From Phoronis australis (Eukaryota; Animalia; Phoronida): a stretch of 64,000 nucleotides of DNA. Of this stretch, positions 37,201 through 52,200 are shown piece by piece. A program made the translations under genes and the position numbers. Within the stretch, counting starts at the first letter, position 1. The number at the start of each line of letters is the position of its first letter. The notes below the pieces were generated by a model. It saw nothing but the letters and a program-made list of their open reading frames with translations. It was not told the DNA's origin and ran no database searches. The stretch covers positions 1,365,663 through 1,429,662 of the forward strand of contig NMRA01000022.1 of assembly GCA_002633005.1 (NCBI GenBank), given 5' to 3'.

Positions 37201-40200
37201 TTACAAGCAATGCACCTAACCTCCCTCGCCCTTCTCGAGAATGCCTTAGGTCTACGGAACGCAGCCCAACTCGCAAGATGCCAAGGGTAGGGGTTTACTC
37301 GAAATATGACTCGAAAAGATGTTGGAAATTACCGCTTCCGTGGATACGGATCCAATCTAAATGTTCATTAGTCTGTGCTTGGGGATATCGTGGATAGCCC
37401 AAGCGAGTGTATAGCCCAAAATACATGCATGCACCTGATGACTTCTAGATTCGAGCTATAAGTTCTAGTAAAAACTTCAGATTTTGAGTTCATACTCGAA
37501 CTTATACCTTTAATACGGGTCCATCAAGTGCAGTACTGTTATTCTCGCAATCCATAATATACGCGAGCACATACAAGTAGTAATAAGCATTCTAATTGGC
37601 GTTCGTACAAAAGTAGAAAAGAAAATGTTAAAATATTTCGAGTTCGATTTCTAGTAACAAGGGCCCAGATGAAACAATTTAAACCAGCCTAGGTGCACCT
37701 CACTATTAAAAAACTTCATATGTAGGTATCACATGAAAGTCTAGTGGCTACACACTTCAGCATTTCAGACACACATGTACATGTAGGATTTTGGAGGCAA
37801 ACATATGTGGAAAATTTTCAATTACAAAATCAAAATGTTCCTAGAAACTAAGAACTTGACAAATGGCGTAGTCCTATTGGTGACAAAAAATACAAACCGG
37901 ATATCTTTGTCTCTCCTTCCGAATGTGCATTTTGTTGTTCTTCAAATTCCTTGTTGGCAACCATCAGTAGCTTCAAGAAGTCTTTGTACTTCTGATTCAA
38001 GAAATTAGAGAGACAATGATCAACTGATATTAATCAGGTGAATATACCGGATGTCAAAAATAATTGAAAGCATTGAGTACTAGAAATGGTTTTACAGTAA
38101 ACTTATGGAGTGCCCTTATTCAAAGGATTGTAAATTTTCTTTACAAAGCGTTTGCGATAGGACAAGTGCTGCTAATCTATTTTGAAAATTCCACATCAAA
38201 CTGACTCTGTCGCCTGCTTTTATACAATGCGTTTGTACAGCCGTTTAAGACCTCGCAGAAGGACTTAGCAAAAAGGCTTAAGTTTTGATGGTGGACAAGG
38301 GTTCCAAAACATAATTTTGCTTCAGTAATAACAGTGATCTACAAGTGAGTCATTGGGTATAAAGGGTTTGGCATCATTTTGTGAATAAACGGGGTTCTTA
38401 CTTCGCTATCCTGATTTTCTTTGCGTTCCTGAACCAGTTGGTCGATAACACTTTCAATGTACGGTATACATGAGATGAAAGTATCCCATCCAATCAACTC
38501 TGTAAACTTCAGTATCCGCGAAGCTTGCTTCGGAAAAAAGACTATAAAAGAAAAGAACATCTCTAAAGCCACGTGTACACATGGTTTCTCACCAGTGCGT
38601 CGATAAATTGTTACATGGGCGGCGCACCATAGAGGGCTAAGTTAGTTTTGTTGGAAGGGGTCCCAGCACTGTCTGTGGTCTGGCATGCAGATGATGTCAC
38701 CACCCTGAGTCGAGTTACCACTTTGTAAACAAACTGAGCACTAGCATCACTCTTGTGAAGCGAGTTCAGAGTCTGGGCGAAGTGGGTTGCAAGTCAGGCA
38801 CGGGATCGACTGCATTTTTTAATATTAAAATCTAATGAAATTTAGTAATGGTGCTGATACCGCTGTTTTGCCATGAATGTTTCTTCTTCATAGTATTCAG
38901 CCAAATTTGAATAAAACATGTCAACCAGACTCATTTAATGGCAGCTTGGTATGGAGTTAAAGACCAAATTTTTAAGACTTTCTATTTACAGAAAATCTAC
39001 GCTTTTACATGGGCGGCGCACCATAGAGAGCTAGGGCCGGGGGGTGGGGCTATAGCCCCACTATTTTTCAGTGCTACGCCGCACATGGTCTATAAGCGGT
39101 GCACCACAGGGGGACTGAGGGTGCTATAGCCCCTTTTTTTCAGTGCTGCGCCGTCCATGTTTTACTGAGTTAAAATCGATAGTTTTGTCGATGGCTGAAT
39201 CCACAGACTTGTCGTTAAGGTTCTAAAAAGCTTTACAGTTAGCGTTGAGATTTGGGTTGCATATTCATATGCATCGGCGTTGTCGCCAAAAACGACATTT
39301 TGTGTACATGTTTTAATAAAAACAATCATTGTGGCAGGGTCTATCTGTGTAAACCATTGCCTAAAATGGTGATATAGTCTTAATTACTTACACATAAGCA
39401 ACATAAAGGGGTCCCGGAAGGAGAAGTTCATTGATTTCTTAAAGTTCTTCACCAACGGTTCGTCTGGATTGGTCTGTGAGTCCACGTGGATTCCACACGT
39501 TGTAGCCGTGATTACATCAATTGTGAAGTTGGAAAACATCCTGTGAGGATAGGTTTAATTCAATAAGACAGTCTAAATCTATTAAAAGCTGTAAGTTTTA
39601 CACCTTAAAGGTATATTATGCAACATTAAGATTCATACTGTCTAATGGAAGCCGGTACAGGGATTGACTAAAAACAGAAGGCAAAAAATATTCCATTAAT
39701 GAACCACTGTGTAGTAATTGAATTTCAGACCACCGAAACTGAGTCCAAACTAAATCGGATGCTAAGTCACTTTCGTGCTCTCATCGGAGCGCCAACAAGA
39801 AAAATCCCCTACTCGTCAATTCCGCCCTGTAAATCAGCAAAGACATTTGGGTGGTTCTTGATAACGACTTCCGACTCACAAACCACTAACAAAGATGTCT
39901 TAACCGGTTGACCCGGCGGAACCGGGCGAGGTCAATAAGTGCAGCCAATGTGAAACGACCAAATGTAGCATTGGACGAAAGACCTTGCCCAACAGGTAGA
40001 GCGATATTGTAAACAAATGGTCTGGGAATGAGTTAAATAGTACACTGTACAGTGAATCGTTTTCTTGTTTTAGTTGATGCCTTGATACCTTGAAAAAGTC
40101 CACAGACAATGAATATTTTGCACAATGTGCCGATTTAGTCTGTTGTTGTTGCAACCAAAGCATGCTATAATTTAAAGAGATTTTACAACCGAATGTAATC

Positions 40201-43200
40201 TTCCAGCCAATGGAATGTCCAAATATTTCTTTGTTTTCTTTTACTCAGAAAGCCCAAATCAACCATTCTTTCACAGAGACACTGTTCATAGATGTACTGT
40301 GAAGTAACGTGCATCCTTGTGCAGTGCCAATCATTCAGATACGACGTGGCGAAAGAGTATAGTTGATACGGTTGATTGACCAGATAAGATCATGATTAAT
40401 TAAGCCTCACCAGCTCTAACAATGGCCCAGCCTTGGGGAACAAGAGGTATTGTGACCATAGACATGTTAATACCATAGACCGGGCGCACGCACTACTGCA
40501 GCTGACAACTTGACGCCATATTGGAGAGTGCTACAAGCCACGTGACACGGCTAATCGCCTTGTAAACAAACGCGGTAAATTGTCCTTTTCAAATCACGAC
40601 ATCTAACAAATAAAGAGGCCGAAGAGTGTGATTTTTCCAGAAACATACAAAGACATGTGATGTAGCACTTACATGCGTTTTTTAAGAGTTAAGCAGTCGA
40701 TAGGGAAAATAGCGAACTATTAGAAGATCGCAACCAGTGGCAGATTTTCAAGTGGCCTAAGGGGATGCGAGCGTTTTATTTTTTCGTTTTTTTTTCAAGA
40801 GAAACCACTAGGATCGCGCAAATTTACCATTTAATTCGTGTCGCGTGCAAATATATTATAACCAAGAGACGTGCCGCTCACTCGGGACGTACCTTTTTGG
40901 TGCCCCAATAAGCCTTTTCACTGAGTGTTGAACAATAACCCTGGGTAACTTTGCAAAATTGCAATATGATCCGGGTCGCTTTTAATGGCGGGGTCTAAAT
41001 TTAATATGAACTACTGTGACAAATGAACTCATTGGGGTCATATAAATAAATGACAGGTTTTTAAAGTTCATTAGGGCGTTCTTCCGATCAGTACAGCGGT
41101 TGTGAGCGAGTGATAACATCTAGCTCCTCCGTTAACTGCCGAACATAGTCTTTTCTTTGGTAGGACAACATGCAGGAAAATTATCTACCAGGCTTATTAC
41201 TCAAATATAATTTGCAAACACAATCATATCATTTAATTGATCTAAAGTGGTCTCAATCACCAAGACTGATGTGGAAACAACGCATAAGTAGTCGCTCCGC
41301 TTAAACTATGGTGGCAGAACATAAAAACCTAGTTGCTGCGCCACTAAACTCCGTGGCCGAGCCATAAAGCCCATGCTTCAGTGGCAGGTCCAAAAAATTA
41401 ACTCTTTGGCTGCAGGTATAAGACTGCGAGCCCAGGCCGCATTTCCCGACTGTTGCCGTAGGGCTCCCTGTGTTTGTCGCCATTTTTGTCCTGTGTAGCA
41501 CTCTCCAATATGGCGTCATATTCACAACGCCAGCTGTATGTATCTGAGTGGCGCGCGCCCGGTCTATTTCATGTTATCAGGAAGAGATAACCAGGAAGGG
41601 ACAACTGTTTTAGCGCATTTTAACGTGTTTTCAAAGGTGATTTCAAAAGTAAATGTTAAAGTCGTCTAAAATCCAAGCATTGTGTTTGAAAGCTTAACTC
41701 TTTAGCTATATAATGACACCACTTTGGTCCCCAAAGACTGCATATTAATGGCACTAGGATGCTTTGAACATGACTTGTTTTACCCTTCCAAAAGATGCCT
41801 CTTCCCAGGCATGTACTCGGGCATGATCCTCTTTTTTGAACCAACAGATGTCACTAATATATGCAAATGAGGGTTGCATCTCCTACGTCATGGTGAAGTC
41901 ATACGACGCGAGCTTCCAGTTTGAACCCTCAGTTGCCTATAGTGAATGACTTGAAACACAGTTCTACCTGATTGGGCAGATCTAAGAAAATTAAGAGCTC
42001 ACACAAGTCAATGTTCGAAGAACATTGAATGGTTTCACATGGAAATACATTTAATTGTAATTGGATACGCTTGCATCTGTGTATGCGTGGACTTCGTCAT
42101 TTTGCTTCAATCCAGCAGGTGTTAGTCAAGAAATTAGCTGCTCCCGCCACAGTGGCCGGTGTCGTGGCGTCACAGGGTAGTCTGATCCCTGCATACGCAA
42201 TTCGACAAATCTAATGCTAGTCGCTGGTGAGCTCTGCTATGATTCATGCGCAATTCGACGAACTAATGCTAGTCGCTGGTCAGCTCCGCTATGATTCATT
42301 TGAGACGTGCGGCTTAACTCGAACCTATACCCGTGTTCTGGCTCCAAGGTCGTTTTTTTGACCCAGTTTCGGGAAAAGTTCATTTTAATACGGTCCTTAA
42401 CTGAAGATTTTTTTGAAAGATATGATCCCGAAATCCTTGGCCTATAGNNNNNNNNNNNNNNNNNNNNNNNNNNNNNNNNNNNNNNNNNNNNNNNNNNNNN
42501 NNNNNNNNNNNNNNNNNNNNNNNNNNNNNNNNNNNNNNNNNNNNNNNNNNNNNNNNNNNNNNNNNNNNNNNNNNNNNNNNNNNNNNNNNNNNNNNNNNNN
42601 NNNNNNNNNNNNNNNNNNNNNNNNNNNNNNNNNNNNNNNNNNNNNNNNNNNNNNNNNNNNNNNNNNNNNNNNNNNNNNNNNNNNNNNNNNNNNNNNNNNN
42701 NNNNNNNNNNNNNNNNNNNNNNNNNNNNNNNNNNNNNNNNNNNNNNNNNNNNNNNNNNNNNNNNNNNNNNNNNNNNNNNNNNNNNNNNNNNNNNNNNNNN
42801 NNNNNNNNNNNNNNNNNNNNNNNNNNNNNNNNNNNNNNNNNNNNNNNNNNNNNNNNNNNNNNNNNNNNNNNNNNNNNNNNNNNNNNNNNNNNNNNNNNNN
42901 NNNNNNNNNNNNNNNNNNNNNNNNNNNNNNNNNNNNNNNNNNNNNNNNNNNNNNNNNNNNNNNNNNNNNNNNNNNNNNNNNNNNNNNNNNNNNNNNNNNN
43001 NNNNNNNNNNNNNNNNNNNNNNNNNNNNNNNNNNNNNNNNNNNNNNNNNNNNNNNNNNNNNNNNNNNNNNNNNNNNNNNNNNNNNNNNNNNNNNNNNNNN
43101 NNNNNNNNNNNNNNNNNNNNNNNNNNNNNNNNNNNNNNNNNNNNNNNNNNNNNNNNNNNNNNNNNNNNNNNNNNNNNNNNNNNNNNNNNNNNNNNNNNNN

Positions 43201-46200
43201 NNNNNNNNNNNNNNNNNNNNNNNNNNNNNNNNNNNNNNNNNNNNNNNNNNNNNNNNNNNNNNNNNNNNNNNNNNNNNNNNNNNNNNNNNNNNNNNNNNNN
43301 NNNNNNNNNNNNNNNNNCGCCTATGGACCACTGAAAACCTTGGACTGAATTAATACGCTCTGCAAAACTGTTGCTTTACAAATTTTGTCGAATTTTCGAA
43401 ATACATGTATGAATGATTAAGTGCACATTTTCAAGGGCGCTTAGATGACCTACATGTATGCTGCAAAAACGGAGACCCTAACAACAATTGTCCTGAACAG
43501 GGCCCTCAAATGGTAAACCATACACTGATACCGAGTTGCCAATGTTCTCTTGAATTTTCTCTCTGATCAGAATTCGAAATCTTTCTTTTTTGTCCTTCCC
43601 CAGTCCCACACCTTTGTCGGTTGCCATGGTTTGACCCTGAGGCATGCAATGTTTTTGGGGGTTGGACTCGCCCTCCCCCCGCTTACTAAGTTCCTGATGC
43701 AAGGAGTCCATCTTTGGTCCAAGATCAATGTTGTGTTTCAACACGCACTCGTTGTATACATGTAGCTTGAGCATTAAATTAAAGGTTTAAGAAACACAGG
43801 AGCATTTTTGCGCATTTAATTGTGCGTGTAAAAAGGCTTATGGATTCGTACTCAATTTGTTGCTGCAACTTGTCTCATGGGCCTGTACCCGGCAAGTGAC
43901 CACAAATGTGGACACTAACTCATCTATTGCGCAAGTCGACTGCAGCAAGGAGGCCAGTGAAAATGTAAGGAAGCACCAGGCTAGTGGGCGTGTGTGACAA
44001 CTCGGATTTCTAGTCTCTTATTATGAAAACCATTGAATGGCAATCACCAGCACCTGCAAACAAGAATTTTGAAGTACAGTGTATGGAGAATTTCAACAAG
44101 GGTTAGTTGTAGACTTAGTCACGAAGTTGTCGACATTCCAGCCACGGTTACTGCCGGTCCTTCGAAGCAATTATAGCACATATACACGAATTTTTAAGAA
44201 TGGCAAGGGTGCGTTTTGTGTTGACGGAAATGTCCATGGCGTCGAGGAATTTGAGGCATTTAATGATGAACAACTGTTGTGGCTTAATTTGAAAAAAAAA
44301 TAGCAAAACTAACTTCCAAGTATGCATACTGTGGCGGAACTAAGAAAACGATTATGGCAGTGCGAATTGTAGCAGAGCCACAAAGTGTGCTAAAATGGTA
44401 GAAAATTAGGCATAACAGTTCTGTAGCAGACAAAAGATTGTTTGGCGCAGGAGAAGGCCGATGTCTTCAATGCTCAGAAAAATTTCGGCAGGCAAGAGAC
44501 TTGCTAAGAAAACGGCACAGTTGAGTCCGGGCTTTCTAAAGGAAGAACTGCAGCCAATTCCAATTATTCGGTGCAACTTCTCTCACCCGACGGCGTTGTT
44601 TCACGATACCGCAACCTCAAACAACGTCAAAGAAACGAAACGCGGAGGGTGAGATATTACAGAGTATTAATATTTATTATTGGATGCAGGTATCTACCTC
44701 AAAATGAATTTCCCACGGTCATTTTTATGCCGATAGCAATGTTTTCGTCAACTGAAGAAGAACAGGAATCATAGACAACCCGCGCGTTCCGTCTATGGTT
44801 CTGACACTTTTGTCAACACGATAGGTAGCCGCAGAAAGTTCGATGTTGACCTCATTCTAATCTTCTTTGCAATCCACTGTCAGGGGACGAAAACAATTCA
44901 AAGTCCTCGAAATAGGGCTTGCTTAGCTGGAATTCAGAACTGCGGTCATGAGATTGTTTTCACCTCCTGATTGCGAAGCGATCGAGTTCGCTGTGATATC
45001 TTCATCAGCGCGTGCTCTCAGCGGGAGGTCACCGCTTTATTCACTCAAGGGCTTGACCAGCAACTGACGAGAGTCTCAGAACTCCCATATGCAAATTTGA
45101 TATGCAAATGAGGGAGTACTTGACTACTGCACCATCTATACATCGACGGAAAGGCTTAAATACCAGTGACTGCGTGTGGGAAGTTGCGATTGAGTGCGCT
45201 GAAGTCGAAATTTTCAAAGTACAATTACACCACTGTTTAAGGTTGCAAAGTGAGTTTTTTGATATCCTTCTATAGAAAAAGCTTTAATCTCTCTGATAAA
45301 ATCATCTGTTTCCTTTTAAACGAAACATAAGTCCTGAAATTAATCCGGGGAAGGAGGCCAAAAACGGCGGTTTAGCTAGTTGCCCCTTCCTGGTTATCTC
45401 TTCCTGATGTTATGAACAAGAGGTATTGGAGCCTTAAAATTTTAATATTGTGACCTTAAACTATCCTGGGGCTCTGGAGTAAAATGTTTCAATGTCTATA
45501 GTGTGCAAAAGGTGTAACTGGAGAACTTGACTGACACTCACTCTTTGGCTTCAAATTCCTGGTCGTTTTCTGCAAGCTTAGACAGATTCTGTAAAAAAGT
45601 GTCAGCAGCTTGATTGACGAGTTGAGCCACCTGAAATGAAAATACAGGCAAGTAGAGCCTTATATCTAAAGCAATATATAGGATCAGTTCAACCTAGTTT
45701 TCTGCCACCAAACTAGCTCTTGAAGCAGCCAACTCCACTCGTTCTGTTTTGTAATCGTGTAAGAAGAGAAACCATCAGTTTCCATGGTAAAAATCACCTT
45801 TAAATGAACTCCAGAAAAAGCTATTTCCTATTTTTACGTAGATCTAGAAATACTACAAATGTTGCATTATCTTTTGCACTTCACTTGTCACCCAAAATAT
45901 AAATAGTGGACCGTTAGATGTATTATTGACAGATTAAGGCAGGGAGTGAAATCTGAGGGGCTGAAAAAAACAAAGCAAAATGTTACGTATTCTAGTATTG
46001 CTGACAATGACCATTCTTAGTTTTCCTGATGTAAACGTCGGACTCATGATACTACGGACGTTTTTCCACCGTTCATCTTTAAGGTTCAGTAAATGGTGAT
46101 CCATGGTCGTGCCAGTTGAAAAGGTCTGAAAGATAAGACGAGATTTGAGCAATATTTGTTGCTTGTACGACGAAGAATGTTTCGAATGAGAAATTCTTAT

Positions 46201-49200
46201 TTAGATTGGATGTACCGAAGTCACATAAGTAGCAAAGGTGGATACAATAGGGCTGTCCCGATTGCTCAGCGACATTAGAATCTCGCAGTATTTACACATG
46301 TACCTACGAAGACGCAATATTCGTTAAGTGCATTTGTAGCGCGTCATTAGATTTCCACATGCAGTCTGTCGTCATACTCTTTGCAAGTTTCTCTCGGATG
46401 CTTTACTGTATTCGTTCTGCCAATGCCAACGAAGTATGACTGCTTTCTTGTAGGCTAAAACTCCAAAGGGAGAAAGTTAGATACACTTGACAAATAACCG
46501 CGGATGCGTTATTGTAAAGTTCTTCGCCTTCCTGACATCAACCAAAAACAGGATGATGTGGAGAGAGTGGATAAGCAAGTTCGTAGGGTTAATTTTGAAC
46601 AGAGCAGAATCCCTAGTTCTTGAAATTATGCTTTCAATTTCGGTACTGATAAACGGGCTGAAATCGGGAATGTTTCCAGGCCCATAAACAACGAGCTTGT
46701 TTCAAAGGAGTGTTCTATCGCTGTGTAGTCGGGGACCACTATATTGTTTCCCAGGTCTCACAGTCCGGCACCAGACGGTTCAATCAGCCAGACGGTTTAA
46801 TCAACCAGCCGGTATGTACATATACTCGAGACAGGGCGCATGGTACGGGTGCAGGCGCTTCCCCAACTGTAGCTTAAGTAAGTTTGAACCAGTTCTTTTC
46901 CGTAGTGTTTGTTACAAAATGGCAGGTACATGTACACTGGTAGCTGAGAGTAGTTGGTGTAGAAAATCAGAAGAGACGGGGTTGCCACGACCACGTGGGG
47001 AACGGAGACCATCTGTTCTAAATCCGACAAGGCCTACTCCTTTTCAAGGCCTACGAGTAGGACTGGAGAACGTGAAACTATGCACACCGCCCTTCACTCC
47101 TCCCTTAGAGAATATGAATACAAACCGAATATGAATACAAACCGACTATGAAAAGAAAGATTTTGTAAAGAGCAGGGGGCTGCTTTCATATAGATATTTT
47201 ACCGAGAAGGGGCAGATCCATACAGCGGGTCCACGGATTTTAGACCCCCTGCTCGTCCACTTTCTGTATTATTGCATTGAAGNTGTGTGCGTGCGAATGT
47301 GTGTGTGTGCATGTGATGCGGGTGAATGCGTACGTGCGCGGGCGCGTGTGTGTTCATTGTCACAATGCTCTCCTCATCACCTAAGGACGAGCACACATGA
47401 AGCACATAGCTTACGTCTGAAGCAAAAGAACCCATGGAGATTTTGCATGGCAAGACGGTGAGGTGAATTTTTCACTCGGTGGCTTTCTGTGAACTGAGCT
47501 ATAGCTCACTTGAGAACTGCAACTCAGCTGGCACCTTCGCGTTTACGGACGCCGTAACAAGCAACTGTTTACGAGATAACACGACGTGTCTTACCTGTCT
47601 GTTAATGAAATGGTGTGACTGCTTCGTCATAATTTCCCGAATTAACTCTGGATCTGCCACTAGCATTACTCTACTTGAGCTGTAACTAAGTCTGCAATAC
47701 AAAGTCACGGTGTACATGTACATGGATATGATGCTTAGGACTTGATCGACTAGCCTGAAATTTAGCCAAATATCTAAAAAATACATAATTTAACTCAGCA
47801 AAATTAAATATTGAGATTAGAAGCTCCGTAGATTTTGATTTTTGACTTTATGCCAGTACGCCATTAATTAGTTCACAAAACCTTGTTTTTCACGAAAATT
47901 CAGCAAAAAAGGTACATTCACTGCAAACGTTGGGGATCAATCCCATGACCAAATTTCGTATGGTATAGATGTTCTAGAAAAATCAAAAACGCTTTTTCAG
48001 TTCTTTAAATAATCGTTTCGTTTTTGTTTTATGCATTGCTGGTTTGTCATTTATGTTTTTGTAGTAGAAAGAAGCAGAAACGTATAAAGCAAATGTAAAA
48101 TATATTGACAGGAATTAGGAATGACGTCACAAAAGGATGACGTCATAGAAAACTATAACATCACAACACCTCCCCGTCTTATTGAGCGAAAGCTTGTCTT
48201 TTTTAAGTCTCTCGGACCTTCCCAAGTTCTGTGGCCCATACTCATTTTCCGTTGGAAGTCGTGGGTTTGGGCGTTTCTTCTTTTCCGATTTTCTCGTTTG
48301 CATCTCTGTTGCCGTAGTTGAATTCTCTTCATTCCTTGCTTGTCTGTCATCTGCATCGGATTCTCCAATTAACAAAAATGTGGTATCTCCAGGATCTGTA
48401 TCTTCTTCAGAACAATACCTTGGTCTCAACTGATCGATATGACGATGCCGGATTGGACCACTTGGCATGACTTTCACTTTGACAGAACGTGGATCCATTA
48501 CTCGGGTCACAGCAGCAGGTACCAAGCGAGGGTTCCTACTTTAACGAGACCCATAGCACAAGGCATAACATGGCTTTCTAATGGTATACATGTGAATCTT
48601 TGACACTGTTTGATCGGACTCAGCAATTTGTGGTTTCGCAGCATTTCTTAACTGCTTCCCTTGCGCTGCATGAGCAGGTGAAAGACGTAAGCTTTCTAAC
48701 TTACACAGAATTTGTTTTCCATTTAAGAGTTCGCTTGGAGAATAACCAGAATCCAGAGGTGTACGACGATATTGCAATAAAAAGGCTTGTAACGCTGCTT
48801 TTGGCAACAAAGAAGATTTCCGCAGATATTGCTTGACAGACTGTACCAAACGCTCTGCAGCTCTATTTGTAGCTGGATGGTAGGGGACACCTGTAAGGTG
48901 TACAATACCACGTTCTTGGCACCAAGCCTGGAATTCTTCAGAATAAAATGTTGCTGCTTTATCAGTTATTAACGTGAGAATATAACCAAAGTGCGCAAAT
49001 TCTCTTTCAAGCAATTTCGTTGTTTTTGTTGACAGTGCACATGTTGGCTGTATAAATGGGTATTTAGAATACGCATCTACCATGACCAACCAGTTTGTTC
49101 CAAGAAAGTTGATGACATGATCAACATGAACACGGCTCCATGGCTTTTCGGGTATCATCCATGGATGAATAGCTGCTTTCGGTGATCTGCTTTGATGTTC

Positions 49201-52200
49201 AGCACAAGCCAAGAAACCACTTTCCGTGTTAGTTGCTTCATTCTCTGCATTCCGAAATGGCCAATATGAAGCAGATCCAACACCTGTTTTCCTAATCTCT
49301 TTGCAATAACCATCCGTGTACGATGAAAAAGACATCCATTTTCTGTGGTCAAGGTATCTTTTAATTTTCTGAAATATTTCAATTTTTCAAAAACCATAGA
49401 AACTGGCCAACCTTCTATGGCATATCTCATTGCTTTAGAAATGTCAGAATCCTTGCTAGATTCTTTATTAAGCAATTTAGAGTTAACAGGGTTCAATTGT
49501 AGACTTACTTGTTTAACAGAACAGGCCACATTCACGTCTGCTTGTGTTTCCTCCCTGTCGAATTTTGGGTAAGCGACTCAATGCATATGCATTAGAATGA
49601 TCAGATGTTTTCCGATACTCTATTGTGTATTAATACTGGCTAAGATGTAACGCCCTTTGAGTGTTCGTGAGAATTTTTGAAACGTTGGCAATCGAACGTT
49701 CATTACCATAAGGATAGCGATGAAATAGAACGGCTCCAATCCCAACATTAGAAGCATCACATGAAATTCCCAACTGTTGAGCCCGAACTGCATCTGTACA
49801 CAGTATTTCTTTTAAACGATGAAAAACTGCATTCTCCTCAGCTCCCCATTTCCATGGCCCATCTTTGCGCGTGAAATGACTCAGAGGAGCAATCAAGGCA
49901 GACAAGTTCGGAATGAACTTTCCGTAAAATGGAACAGATCCAAGGAACGAACGTAGATGGGAAACATCTGATGGGGCTGGCATTTTCAAAACAGCATCAA
50001 CTTTGTTACCTTTTTAATGCCATCGCGTGAAAGCATGTGACCTAAGTATTCTACAGTTTGCTAACCAAATGAGCATTTTTCCAAGCGACATCTCATTCCA
50101 TTGTCTTGCAAACGCTGGAGTAGGTTTTGTACATCCTGAAGATGTTCTTCTGGGATGCGACCGTTTACTAAAATATCATCCAAGTATAAAACCACGCCAT
50201 AATATCATGGAAATAACCAGGGGCTGAGCTAATACCAAATGGCAATCCCTTTTGTAGAACTCCACGATATGTGGATAGTGCCAGACGTCTCTGACTTTCC
50301 GACGAGAATTCCATCTGATTATACGCATCAGCCAAATCAATTTTCGTGAACTAAATGCCGCCACTGAGCTTTCGCATAAGATATTCAGGCAGGGGTAGCG
50401 GATGACGATGAGTTTCAAGCTGAGGATTTATCGATACTGAGCTATCTCCGCATACTCTTAATTTCCGTTTATTTTGACCAAGAAGCGGTGCTTTTCTTAT
50501 AGGGACAACTGGTGCTCCATACTCCTCGAATTGTGTAAGTTCCCAAATTCCACGATTAATACCAGCATCATATGCCAGATTCAAGTCACCCAGTAATGCA
50601 AAAGGTACTGTGCCAGGTTTGCAAAATATTGGTTGGACACGAGGCTTGAATTTTACATTTAATTCGAAACCTTTTAAACATCCCAGTTCAGGTTTTAATA
50701 GGCCTGGAAATTCATCGCAGATGATTTTGCACTCGTGCTGAAACTCTACATCGCTTTTCTTGTTCTCATGACAAACAATACCAACTTTGTCATTTTGGTT
50801 GTCATCACGCAAAATGGAATTCCTACAGAGTGCAGTGACATCAATCTTTAGCTATCGAACTGCCGTTCGGCAAACAATATTCAAATCGTGTTTGCTTACT
50901 ACTAATTCAATGTTTGCTGTATGCTGCGAATCGGACTGTAATGTTGCGTTTGTACTGAAAATTCCCAAAACTGGTAATGGTTTTTTATTTGCAGCGAAAT
51001 ACTGACTGTGTGATAGAGATAAAACAGGTTTTCCAAGTTTAAACCAAACCTTCACCGAAACGAAATTGTCTGGTGATCCATTATCTACGTCAAATATCTG
51101 TTTTTTGCCGCATATGTGAACAACAATCTGAATTGGATCTCGATCCGAAATGTGATTAACTTTGTGTTCTGGCCTTGCTAAAATACTGCTTACTTTATCC
51201 CTAACCTTTCTTTTGTTTAGACATACATCCTCTATATAACCTTTCTTGTGACAGAAACGGCATTCAGTCTCTTTAAGACGACAACCCCTTGCCGCGTGCT
51301 GGTCTTTTTTCCACAACGGGGACACGTTCCTTTTGGAAAACCCCTGTGCTTTTCCCTGCCTGACTTCTTCCCTCATTTTCTTTTGTAACTTAAGCACTGG
51401 ATCTCCGTAAACCGTTTCTTTTGCAACTTTGGACGCCTCTTCAATTTTTGTTACTATTTCTATGGCTTTCTTAAAAGATAATTCGTCATATTTTATTTTG
51501 AAAAGGGCTTTTCGGATCGCCTCATTATTAATTGAAAAGATAAATCTAGTTCTCATAGCTTCATCCTGAGGATCCTTTATTGTTGGAAAATCACATTTTG
51601 CAGCGTCTTGTCGAATACGAGCTGCCAGCTCCTGTATTGTCTCACCTGGCTGTCTTCTTGTGTTAAACCAAAATCTGAATCGCTCCCGGACTACAAAATA
51701 CTCCGAATGGAATTGATTCTCCATAACTGTTGTAATTTCATTTTCGGTTGGTTGATATCTTTGGAAGGTGTCTGCTACTCTGCCAAAGTTGCGAGCAACT
51801 TATAAACTGTAGACGTCTGATTCGTCAAGAAAGTTTGTGAAAGTTTTTCCGTAGTTATGGAGTATGCCCCTGCAAACGTTTCGAATCTGGACCAATATTC
51901 CTTCCAGAGTTCCACTGAACAGTCAAACGCACCAAAAATTTGGCGTAGATGTCGTTGGTTGGTGCATCAGCTTGCTAGTGATCATCTCAGCAAAACGCTG
52001 ATGATTCTCTTGCTGTTGGTTGATTTGTTGTTGCAATAACAAAATAATGCCAGCCAACTCACCTATCTTTTTTAAATATCCTGCCGACTACGCCAAAATC
52101 TGTTATGTTTTTGTAATAGAAAGAAGCAGAAACGTAAAAAGAAATGTAAAATATGTTGACAGGAATTAAGAATGACGTCACAAAAGGATGACGTCATATT

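Noticed and set aside
42237-43348. 364-aa and 311-aa ORFs
   Set aside because: Almost entirely X residues from the assembly gap.
43478-44780. Short ORFs inside the 3.8-kb element as a possible transposase
   Set aside because: No DDE, THAP or BED motifs recognised in any frame.
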